A DNA stretch of 49,203 nucleotides from a virus. The notes beneath the pieces are model-generated. The model ran no database searches. It was not told the origin of the DNA and was given only the letters and a program-made list of their open reading frames with translations. The DNA lies in IMG/VR virus record IMGVR_UViG_3300025875_000043; one strand, 5' to 3'. This document shows, piece by piece, positions 41,532 to 49,203 of the stretch; position 1 is the first letter of the stretch; each line of letters opens with the position of its first letter. The position numbers were made by a program, and so were the translations under genes.

Positions 41532-41938
41532 TGGGCACCGAAGCAATCCGCGCCAGCTTGGAAACCAAGCTTGACCAAATGCAACCACCTTTGCCCACAG
41601 CATGGGAAAACACTGACTTCAAGACTGAAGACGGTTCGGCTTGGCAAGAAGTGTGGTTGATGTTGGCTAGGCCGGAAAACCCGACCTTCGGTGACGACTT
41701 TTACCGTCAGCGGGGATACCTTCAGGTAAACTTGAAGTATCCTTTGAACACCGGCCCTGCTGACGCACAGTTGCGGGCCAACTTCTTGCGTGACACCTTC
41801 AAGCGGGGCTTGTCACTGACCACGGCCGGGATTACAACGACTGTGGAGGAAACCCCCGAAATTGGCCGGGGTTCTAACGAAGGCGACCGTTACGTTGTGC
41901 CGGTCTTTATTCGTTTTTACGCCAACGTTCAACCATAG
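41531..41938 (+). CDS. Tail terminator-like protein (DUF4128-like)
   Basis: LPTAWENTDFKTEDGSAWQEVWLM...YRQRGYLQVNL, and its position before the tube gene. Confidence 0.55.
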   Translation: MGTEAIRASLETKLDQMQPPLPTAWENTDFKTEDGSAWQEVWLMLARPENPTFGDDFYRQRGYLQVNLKYPLNTGPADAQLRANFLRDTFKRGLSLTTAGITTTVEETPEIGRGSNEGDRYVVPVFIRFYANVQP

Positions 41939-41949
41939 GAGTAAGACCA

Positions 41950-43197
41950 ATGCCCGGTATTGCAACTGGCGTTTTCAAGAAGCTGTTTGTCAAGCGCCAG
42001 GCCGGCCTTGGCGTTATCTCACCCGCCGGCCCCGCACAGTCGGCACGTTCAATGCGTCGTGTGACTTCGACGTTGAACAAAACGAAGTCAACCTATACTT
42101 CGGCCGAAGTGGTCGAAAGTCAACAGGTTCGTGACCTTCGGCACGGTGTCATTTCCACTGGCGGTTCGCTTTCGGGCGAACTTTCGGTTGGCACTTATCA
42201 GATGCTTTTTGAAAGCATCTTGCGTCAGGCCGTTCAGCCTTCGGTTACTTCCGGCGCAATCGCCATTGTGACGGCGGCGTCAACCGGCGCGTTCAGCGGC
42301 ACGTTCACCCGTTCGGCCGGGTCTTGGCTAACCGATGGCTTCAAGGTTGGCGATGTTGTCAACATGACGGGTCAGGCGGCACCGGCTGTTGCCAACAATG
42401 ACCAATATATGGTCATTACGTCGTTGTCGGCGTTGATAATGGCGTGTGTCGTGTTGGACAAGACGCCGATTATCGCAAAGGCGGCTGGCGACCCGGTGAC
42501 GTTCGTTACCGTGGGCAAGAAGACTTGGGTTCCCTCTATTGGCCACACCCGCGATTATTACACAGTGGAACATTGGTTTGGCGATATTGGCCAAGACGAA
42601 CTTTTCCCCGACACGGTGTTTACCGGCGCTAATGTGGCGTTGCCACCTTCCGGCATGGCCACTGTTGAGTTTCCCATGATGGGGCTTGATATGACCACCG
42701 GCAACGCACAGTATTTCACCAACCCGGCCCCGCCTTCGACCGGGGGCAATCTCGCAAGTGTCAACGGTGCGCTGATTATTAACGGTGTCTTGGCGGGTCT
42801 TGTCACTGGCATTACTTTCAACATCAACGGCCAGTATGCTTACCCCGCTGGCGACGGTTCCGTTGGCACCAATCTTCGGCCTGACGTGTTGCCTGGCGTC
42901 TTGATCGTTACCGGCTCTATGACCGTTCTTTTCCAAGACGGCACTTTCCGCGACCTGTTCTTGAACGAAACGGAAGCGGCAATTATCGTGGCGTTGACGG
43001 CGGACAGTTCGGCCAAGCCGGCGTTCACGTCCTTTGTTATGTCGCGGGTGAAATATACCGGGTCCGACAAGGACGATACCAACACCGGCATGACGCTGAC
43101 AATGCCCTTCCAGGCATTGGAGAACGTCACCAACGGCGGTGCCGGCTATCCCAACCTTCAGACGACTATCAGCGTTCAGGATAGCGCGTTCGCTTGA
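41950..43197 (+). CDS. Major tail (tube) protein
   Basis: 415 aa, located between the terminator-like protein and the chaperone genes. A strong intrinsic terminator follows. Confidence 0.65.
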   Translation: MPGIATGVFKKLFVKRQAGLGVISPAGPAQSARSMRRVTSTLNKTKSTYTSAEVVESQQVRDLRHGVISTGGSLSGELSVGTYQMLFESILRQAVQPSVTSGAIAIVTAASTGAFSGTFTRSAGSWLTDGFKVGDVVNMTGQAAPAVANNDQYMVITSLSALIMACVVLDKTPIIAKAAGDPVTFVTVGKKTWVPSIGHTRDYYTVEHWFGDIGQDELFPDTVFTGANVALPPSGMATVEFPMMGLDMTTGNAQYFTNPAPPSTGGNLASVNGALIINGVLAGLVTGITFNINGQYAYPAGDGSVGTNLRPDVLPGVLIVTGSMTVLFQDGTFRDLFLNETEAAIIVALTADSSAKPAFTSFVMSRVKYTGSDKDDTNTGMTLTMPFQALENVTNGGAGYPNLQTTISVQDSAFA

Positions 43198-43225
43198 CGC
43201 CGGCCTGAATAACTGCAAACCTAGA

Positions 43226-43256
43226 GGGGCGGCGCTTTTGCCGCCCCTTTTCATTT
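43226..43256 (+). terminator. Intrinsic terminator after the tube gene
   Basis: ggggcggc-gctttt-gccgcccc followed by ttttcattt. Confidence 0.75.
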
Positions 43257-43270
43257 CAGGAAACCGGGCA

Positions 43271-43756
43271 ATGACCAAGACCACTGACGTTGACGCAACC
43301 ATGACCGACCTTGGTGACCTTGACACTGGCGCGGCGTCGGATGCTGGCACCGAAATTGAGTTGAAGCACCCGACCACCAAGAAGGCAACCGGCATCTTCA
43401 TTGGCGTTGTCGGCAAGCACAGCCAAATCTTTCGCGACATTGTGCGCGACCGCACCAACGAACGCATCCGGCGCGAAGCTGAAAACGCCAAGCGCGGCAA
43501 GGACAGCGAACCGACCACGGCCGAAGAAGTCGAAGCGCGGGCCATCGAACTGTTGACGGCTTGCACCACGCATTGGCGTTCGGAAACGCGCAACACCAAG
43601 GGCGAAGTCATCGACAACAAGCCTATCGTGAAGTTCAAGGGCGAAGAACTGGCCTTCAACGCCGGCAACGTCGCCAAGATTTACACCGCCATGATTTGGG
43701 CGCGTGAACAGGTTGACGGCGCTATTGGCGACCTTGAACTTTTTATCAAGGCTTGA
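43271..43756 (+). CDS. Tail assembly chaperone (gpG-like)
   Basis: Position immediately upstream of the tape measure. AGGAAACCGGGCA precedes the ATG. Confidence 0.6.
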   Translation: MTKTTDVDATMTDLGDLDTGAASDAGTEIELKHPTTKKATGIFIGVVGKHSQIFRDIVRDRTNERIRREAENAKRGKDSEPTTAEEVEARAIELLTACTTHWRSETRNTKGEVIDNKPIVKFKGEELAFNAGNVAKIYTAMIWAREQVDGAIGDLELFIKA

Positions 43757-44112
43757 CCGAACGCTTGGTGGAGTTCGCCACGGCGGACTTCACCCTTTCT
43801 GTCAAGCAAGACGACGGGCACACGTTACGCGACCACCTAGTTAATGCGTGGAAGCAATCGGGCATCATGCCGGATGAACTACGCACCGCCCCGCGCTTGC
43901 CGGAATTGACGGGCCATTTGTGGGGATATTATTTAAGACTTCACCGACGCCGCCAAAACTATGGTTGGGGCCATGTGCCTTTGACTTACTTGGAAGTGGA
44001 AGCTTGGGCGCGGTTGAACAAGGTTACACTTGACCATTGGGAACTAGACGCGATATTAGAGATTGACGACGCTTACTTGGCGTCAACAGTCAAGTCTTCC
44101 AAGGGGTCTTAA
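43753..44112 (+). CDS. Tail assembly chaperone, gpT-like part (probably expressed as a -1 frameshift fusion with 43271..43756, or from TTG 43753)
   Basis: The ORF is in the -1 frame relative to the upstream gene and open from 43738. It has no ATG or SD of its own, and a T-run (cttttta) lies in the overlap. Confidence 0.5.
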   Translation: MTERLVEFATADFTLSVKQDDGHTLRDHLVNAWKQSGIMPDELRTAPRLPELTGHLWGYYLRLHRRRQNYGWGHVPLTYLEVEAWARLNKVTLDHWELDAILEIDDAYLASTVKSSKGS

Positions 44113-47100
44113 ATGTCAACCGATATTGCAACCCTTGGCATTAAAGTTGACGCCAGCCAAGTTAGCAGCGCCAGCGGCGAACTTAAAATTTTAGTTGAAG
44201 TCGGCACCAAGGCTGAAAAAGCAACCGATGGTCTAAAGGACAGCTTCGGCGGACTGAAGACAGCGGTTGCCGGTCTTGGCCTTGGTGCTTTGATCCGTGA
44301 AGGCATTGACCTTGCTGATACATACGCCAACATTCGCGGCCGGCTTTCTTTAGTTACCAATGGCACTACCGAACTTAATTCGGTGACGGAAAAGCTGTTT
44401 GAAAGCGCCCAACGGTCGCGCGCCAGCTTTGAAGCAACAAGCGACCTTTACGCCAGCTTGGCCCGTTCCACCAAGTCGCTAGGCACTTCGCAAACCGACT
44501 TGTTGCAAGTCACCGAAACTATCAACAAGGCCCTTATCGTTTCCGGTGCGTCGGCTTCGACGGCCGAAGGCGCGCTTGTTCAGCTAGGCCAGGGCTTTGC
44601 CAGCGGCACCTTGCGCGGTGACGAACTTAACGCTGTGCTTGAAGGCACGCCACGCCTGGCACAAGCTATTGCCGATGGCATGGGCGTTACCGTTGGTCAA
44701 CTTCGCGCACTTGGTGCCGAAGGTAAGATTACCGGCGAAACTGTGTTTAATGCGCTGAAGTCGCAAAAAGACGCGGTGGAAAAAGAATTTGCTAAAATGC
44801 CCACAACTGTAGCGCAATCGTTCACGGTGCTACAGAATGAAATTTTGCGTTATGTTGGCCAAGCTAATTCGGCCAGCGGTGTTACCGGCGTGTTGTCGGC
44901 TGGTGTTGCCGGTCTAGCGCACAATCTTGATACCATTGTGCCTATCATCGGCATTCTTGGCATTGCCCTTGGCGTCGGCTTCGTTTCGCGCGCTGTAGCG
45001 GCACAGATTGCAGCGGCCGAAACCGCTACGGCTATGGGCGCGCTTGGTGTTGCGGCGCGCGGTGCTGGCGCTTCGTTGCTAGGCGCGTTTGGCGGGCCGG
45101 TTGGCTTGGCTATTACGGCGGTGACTTTGGCTATTGGCGGCTTCATTGTCGAAAGCACGCGGGCCGATGCCGTCATTAGCACGGTCAACAAAAGTTATGA
45201 CGAAATGCGCGCCCGCTTGGCCGCTGCAAAGACCGCCGCCGATGGAGCCGCCGCCGGTTCGGCCGGTGTGGGCAGCACAGCCGCAAGCGCCGTTCCTGGC
45301 GTTGATAGCCTGACCGGGGCGGTTAAGGGGCTTGCTGACAATCTGTATCGCCAGGCGGACGCCGCCAAGAAGGCGCGTATTGAAATGGCAGCAACGGGGC
45401 TGGCCGAAGCGCGTAAGAACGAACTGGCGGCGGCGGCTTTGACCCCGCAAGGCCGGCGTGGGGCTAATGAGTTTCGACGCGGTGACTTGCTGAACAATGC
45501 CGGTGTTATTTGGGAAAACGTTGTTGCTGGCGGTCGAAGCTTGCTAAGTGGCGGGCGCACTGACCGCGAAGCACAAGAAGCTTACCGCAAGTCGGTTGCC
45601 GTTTCGATCCAAGCCAAGAAAGACCTTGACGCGGCTTATCAGTCATCGAACAGCGCGGCGGCTGGCGCTGGCGCTGTTAATGCGGCTGAAATTAAGAAGC
45701 TTCAAGGCCAGGTTGATGACTTGCGAAAAATTCGCGGTCAGCTTTCCGGCAAAGAACTGAAGCGCGCCGACGCCAAGATTGCGGCCGGTGAACGCAAAAT
45801 TCAATTGCTTGGCACTGGCGCGGCTGAAGACGCCGTGAACGCGGCGGTTGGTTCGGGCGGCACTGGCGGCGGCAAAACTGGCAAGACTGACGCACAGCGT
45901 GAATATGACAGCGCCGTGAAGTCTTCGGAACGTTACGTTGAACAACTACAAATCGAAACCGAAAACATTGGTAAGAATGCGGTTGAACAGCGGCTTGCGG
46001 CGGCGGAACGCGAAGCCGCCAAAGCGCCGACTGAAGCATTGCGTCAGCAAATCTTAGCCGAAGCTAACGCTTGGGCAAGTGCGACACTTATGCAAGAAGT
46101 CACTGAAGCCGCACGCAAAGCAACCATTGAAGCAATCGAACGCGAAACGAAGGCCAGCCAAGAAGCGCAAAAGGCTGGCAAAGAAATGGTTGACCAAATC
46201 GAATTTGAAGCAAGCTTGCAAGGTATGTCAGCGCAACAGCGGGCGGTTGCTACGGCAACCCGCGACCTTGAAACCAAAGGTATCAAGGAAGGAACTGTTG
46301 CTTGGATGCTATACGGCGACGCGATACTTAGCGCGGCTTCCAAGAAAGGTGCTTTGCAAGACCAAGCTGATGCCGCCGCTGGCGTTGCTGACCATATGCG
46401 CGCCGTGAATGATAACGTCAAAGCGGCAACGGATAGCTTCAGTCAGTTGTTCGGCACAGCCGGCGAAGGCTTCGCATCGCTTATTGAAATGGTGTCTGAC
46501 TATGCTGAACAGTCGGCGCAAGCGGAAGCGCGTGTTGCCGATGCCCGCGCCCGCTATGGAGCCGATAGCGCCGAAGCACGCGCCGCACAGGCTGAAGCGA
46601 CCGAAGAAGCGGCGGCGCGCGAAATGGCAAGTTATGGCACCGTCATTCGTGGCGTCAAAAGCATGTTCAGCCAAAAGTCAACGGCTTACAAGGTTATGGA
46701 AGGCGTTGAAAAAGCTTATGCTGCTGTGCGCCTGGCGTTGGCGATTAAAGAAATTTTGACCGAAGGTTTGCTAACCGGCGTAAAGGTTGGCGGTGCCGCT
46801 ACTCGCATGGCCACTGATACCGCCGAAACCGGCACGTCAGTTGTCAACAGCGGGCTTAGGGCGGCGGCGCACGGTGTCGAAGCCATCGCCAAAGCCATCG
46901 CCGGCTTGCCGTTCCCGTTGAACCTTGTGGCGGGTGCCGCAACCGCCGCCGCGTTGGTGGCATTTGGCGTAAAGGTCTTCGGTGGAGGGGGCAGCAAAAG
47001 CGCGTCAGCTTCGTCAGAAAGTGACACCAAAGCCGGCACCGATTACACCGGGCCAACTGACGAATATGGCAATCCCACGTCGGGTTATAGCGTTTTGAAG

Positions 47101-47364
47101 TCGGGCCGCACGTCAGTTGCCGGCAATGATAATCAGGTGTATGCCGGCCAGGCGGGTTTTGCCAGTGGTGCCGGTGGCATCGGCGGGATTAACATTGGCG
47201 ACACCAACTTGACTATTCAAGGCAATGTTGACCAAGATACTTTGCCGCTTGTTCAAGCCATGCTTGACAACCATAAAGACGCGGTTGTTCAGGAAGCGCG
47301 GCAAGCCGCCGCGCAAGACCGCGCCGCTAGCGATAGTCGCCAGCGCATAGGGGGTTCGCGGTAA
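44113..47364 (+). CDS. Tape measure protein (1083 aa)
   Basis: Size, Ala/Gly-rich helical composition with TM-like central segments, and position. Confidence 0.9.
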   Translation: MSTDIATLGIKVDASQVSSASGELKILVEVGTKAEKATDGLKDSFGGLKTAVAGLGLGALIREGIDLADTYANIRGRLSLVTNGTTELNSVTEKLFESAQRSRASFEATSDLYASLARSTKSLGTSQTDLLQVTETINKALIVSGASASTAEGALVQLGQGFASGTLRGDELNAVLEGTPRLAQAIADGMGVTVGQLRALGAEGKITGETVFNALKSQKDAVEKEFAKMPTTVAQSFTVLQNEILRYVGQANSASGVTGVLSAGVAGLAHNLDTIVPIIGILGIALGVGFVSRAVAAQIAAAETATAMGALGVAARGAGASLLGAFGGPVGLAITAVTLAIGGFIVESTRADAVISTVNKSYDEMRARLAAAKTAADGAAAGSAGVGSTAASAVPGVDSLTGAVKGLADNLYRQADAAKKARIEMAATGLAEARKNELAAAALTPQGRRGANEFRRGDLLNNAGVIWENVVAGGRSLLSGGRTDREAQEAYRKSVAVSIQAKKDLDAAYQSSNSAAAGAGAVNAAEIKKLQGQVDDLRKIRGQLSGKELKRADAKIAAGERKIQLLGTGAAEDAVNAAVGSGGTGGGKTGKTDAQREYDSAVKSSERYVEQLQIETENIGKNAVEQRLAAAEREAAKAPTEALRQQILAEANAWASATLMQEVTEAARKATIEAIERETKASQEAQKAGKEMVDQIEFEASLQGMSAQQRAVATATRDLETKGIKEGTVAWMLYGDAILSAASKKGALQDQADAAAGVADHMRAVNDNVKAATDSFSQLFGTAGEGFASLIEMVSDYAEQSAQAEARVADARARYGADSAEARAAQAEATEEAAAREMASYGTVIRGVKSMFSQKSTAYKVMEGVEKAYAAVRLALAIKEILTEGLLTGVKVGGAATRMATDTAETGTSVVNSGLRAAAHGVEAIAKAIAGLPFPLNLVAGAATAAALVAFGVKVFGGGGSKSASASSESDTKAGTDYTGPTDEYGNPTSGYSVLKSGRTSVAGNDNQVYAGQAGFASGAGGIGGINIGDTNLTIQGNVDQDTLPLVQAMLDNHKDAVVQEARQAAAQDRAASDSRQRIGGSR

Positions 47365-47975
47365 TGGCTATTATTTCAGTTCCCGCAAAGTTTACCTTCA
47401 GCAAAGTTAACAGCTTTACCCTTCAACGGGCAAGCAATGTCTTGCGGTCAAAGTTTACCGGCCAAGGCCAACGCATTGTTTACCCTTTCGCTGTGTGGAT
47501 GCTTGAAGCAACTTTGAATGAAGTTGACGGAATAACCGCCGGCCGTATTCGTTCGTTCTTAGCGCAACTTGAAGGTCAAAAAAATACTTTCCGTTTGCCA
47601 GTGCCAGGCCATTACCGGCCACTTGGCGGATATACCGGGGCAGTTATAGCCAACGGTCCCGCCGCTGCCCGCGCGTCGTCTTTGGACGTTGACGGCATGG
47701 CAGCAAGCCGCATCGTTTTGACTGAAGGCGATTACTTCACTATAAACGATGAACTTAAAATGGTTACGGCTGATTTAATGAGTAGCGCCGGGGGTTCAGG
47801 CGTTATTTCATTCAAGCCGGCGCTTCGCAAGCCTGTTGCGGACAATACGCCGCTGACGATCATAAACCCCACGGTGTTGATGACGGCTGAAGATGACGAC
47901 GTTGCCAGTTGGGGAATAGGTCCGCCGGTCAGGCAATCGGGCAAGTTCAATGCTATGGAAGCCGTTGACATATGA
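47364..47975 (+). CDS. Distal tail protein-like (GTA g12-like position)
   Basis: TAATG overlap with the tape measure. Called by order and size. Confidence 0.5.
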   Translation: MAIISVPAKFTFSKVNSFTLQRASNVLRSKFTGQGQRIVYPFAVWMLEATLNEVDGITAGRIRSFLAQLEGQKNTFRLPVPGHYRPLGGYTGAVIANGPAAARASSLDVDGMAASRIVLTEGDYFTINDELKMVTADLMSSAGGSGVISFKPALRKPVADNTPLTIINPTVLMTAEDDDVASWGIGPPVRQSGKFNAMEAVDI

Positions 47976-48631
47976 CGCGCCCTTTGACAGCCGCGACTAA
48001 AGCCGCCTTCGACAAGCCGATTTTGCCATTGGCGGTTATCCTTTACCTTGACATTGAAGGCGACCCGCTTTTTGCTTGGACCGGCATTGGCGATTTGCCA
48101 TTTGCCATTAATGAAACAGGCGACCCGTCACTTGACGGCAAGACGTTTTATGGCACCGGCAACATTATGGAAGTCAGTGAAGTCAGCGATGGCGTTGGCG
48201 GGTCCGACGCGCTTGAAATAAGCTTGCCAGGTGTTGACCTTGGCCAACCAATGCTTCGCCAGTTAATTACCAATCGCAAACGTTGGCAGTTCCGCCGCGC
48301 TGTGGTTTGGTTGATGGCGCTTGACCCCGATACCGACGCCATTGCCGGCAAGCCTTTCAGGATCAAGACCGGCCGAATGGATAAAATGCCGTACACCGAA
48401 AACGATAAAAGCGGAACGGTAACTTGTCGCATTGAAGGCCAACAAGCTTACGGCAACATTCCGTTGGCGACACGCTATAGCGAACAAACAGACATAAACC
48501 CCAACGACACAAGCCAACGCTATGTTCATTCGTTGGCGAATATGACGGCCAGCATTGGCACACTTTCAGCGCCTTCGCCCATTGGCCGGGGGATTACCAA
48601 CTATTTCAGCAATTCAGCGGAAGTCAGATAA
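47972..48631 (+). CDS. Tail hub / minor tail protein (GTA g13 / lambda L-like position)
   Basis: ATGA overlap. Called by order and size. Confidence 0.45.
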   Translation: MTRPLTAATKAAFDKPILPLAVILYLDIEGDPLFAWTGIGDLPFAINETGDPSLDGKTFYGTGNIMEVSEVSDGVGGSDALEISLPGVDLGQPMLRQLITNRKRWQFRRAVVWLMALDPDTDAIAGKPFRIKTGRMDKMPYTENDKSGTVTCRIEGQQAYGNIPLATRYSEQTDINPNDTSQRYVHSLANMTASIGTLSAPSPIGRGITNYFSNSAEVR

Positions 48632-49080
48632 TGGCACGGCTTGATAACTGGCAGAACAACCTTAGCGCCTTAATCGAAGACAAGCGCGCTGAAGCGTTCG
48701 ACTTCCCAAGCTGGAATTGTCTAATGTGGGCATTTGCCAGCATTGAAGCTGTAACAGGCCGTGACCTTGGTGTTAAATACCGGGGCAAATATAAGAACGA
48801 ACTTGGTGCTTCGCGGTTGTTGAAAAGAGTTGATGACGTGACGACTTCGCAAGCGTTGCTGGAAAAGTACCTTGGCGAACCGCGCCCCGTTGCCTTCGCC
48901 CGCCATGGTGATATTGTTCTAGTTGATCCGGTCGGCACCGGGCTTGAATTGCCGTCAGACATTGAACTTTTTGGCCCTGTTCCTGGCGTTTGCTATGGTG
49001 CCACTAGCTTCTTTGTTGGCGAGTTCGGCTTAGTGCAAGTCGAAACATTGCGGCTAGGGCAAGCAATATGGGTTTCATAG
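48631..49080 (+). CDS. NlpC/P60-like tail peptidase-fold protein (GTA g14 / lambda K-like)
   Basis: Cys/His pair in the expected contexts (PSWNCLMWAF ... ARHGDIVLV), and position before the J-like gene. Confidence 0.55.
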   Translation: MARLDNWQNNLSALIEDKRAEAFDFPSWNCLMWAFASIEAVTGRDLGVKYRGKYKNELGASRLLKRVDDVTTSQALLEKYLGEPRPVAFARHGDIVLVDPVGTGLELPSDIELFGPVPGVCYGATSFFVGEFGLVQVETLRLGQAIWVS

Positions 49081-49203
49081 TCAAAGGCGTCAAGTCTGTT
49101 GTTAAAGCCGTTGGTAGCGTTGTTAAAGGCGTTGTTGGCGTTGTTAGCAAAGTTGTTGGTGCGGTTTTTGGTTTTGCTGTTGGTAGCAAAACAAAGGCAA
49201 AGG
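49068..49203 (+). CDS. 5' end of the J-like tail-tip gene. It continues at base 128 of the window through the 127-bp overlap.
   Basis: ATG 49068 overlaps the upstream gene's last codons. MGFIVKGVKSVVKAVGSVVKGVVGVVSKVVGAVFGFAVGSKTKAK is in frame with 1..2739. Confidence 0.75.
   Translation, partial: MGFIVKGVKSVVKAVGSVVKGVVGVVSKVVGAVFGFAVGSKTKAK
49077..49203. repeat. Terminal direct overlap, copy 2 (identical to 1..127)
   Basis: Exact identity read by eye. Confidence 0.9.

Noticed and set aside
42328-43677. 449-aa ORF antisense to the tail tube and chaperone genes
   Set aside because: The reasoning is the same as for the capsid antisense ORF. It also runs straight through the intrinsic terminator at 43226-43256.
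1-49203. Integrase, excisionase or CI-type lysogeny module, or transposase
   Set aside because: No translation shows tyrosine-recombinase (R..HxxR..Y), serine-recombinase or DDE signatures. The absence is by eye only, so lifestyle is left open.

Overview
The window is one complete tailed-phage genome. Bases 1-127 are repeated exactly at 49077-49203, so the contig closes into a circle of about 49,076 bp, and a tail-tip gene reads through the junction. All product calls come from reading motifs in the ORF translations. No database or HMM search was possible, so family names are recognition-level calls only.

Layout:
- 49068->(junction)->5445 (+): end of the late operon, with a J-like tip protein, a 143-aa protein and a beta-helix fibre/depolymerase.
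- 5446-5707: convergent gap with a bidirectional terminator.
- 15727->5708 (-): replication/recombination operon. It holds a Sak4-like ATPase, a DUF669 SSB-like protein with a very long G/Q tail, a Cas4-like Fe-S nuclease, an SF2 helicase, a tiny Zn-ribbon protein ending in an SSB-tip motif, a DnaN-like clamp candidate and a family-B DNA polymerase.
- 15953-18555 (+): small HTH protein plus an AEP primase-polymerase/helicase.
- 20574->18552 (-): short leftward operon including a C5-cytosine methyltransferase-like gene.
- 20640-20965: AT-rich divergent control region packed with GATATAAYG repeats.
- 21091-28287 (+): accessory/early block of many small ORFs, including a stand-alone Spo11/TopoVI-A-like 'mini-A' protein, a VRR-NUC nuclease, MazG and a possible 2OG-oxygenase fold.
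- 28436-31062 (+): lysis block (holin, GH108 endolysin, membrane proteins and a lipoprotein).
- 31164-49080 (+): classic siphovirus morphogenesis block. In order: TerS, TerL, portal, MuF-like protein, scaffold, capsid, connectors, tube, G/T chaperones, a 1083-aa tape measure, then GTA-like Dit, hub and peptidase.

I recognised no integrase, CI-type repressor, tRNA, rRNA, CRISPR array or IS element, so lifestyle is unresolved. The GTA-like distal tail genes and the recurrent GIGHNGGP peptide suggest an alphaproteobacterial host; that is inference only.

Most interesting observations:
- a detached SSB C-terminal tip (...SDEIPF) on a 76-aa protein;
- the GIGHNGGP motif shared by helicase, nuclease, TerL and portal, with a variant in a fifth protein;
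- the aromatic-spaced G/Q tail on the SSB-like protein;
- the mini-A topoisomerase-like gene;
- the TATAAT-iteron island;
- a conserved AACCGGGC box directly upstream of many start codons.
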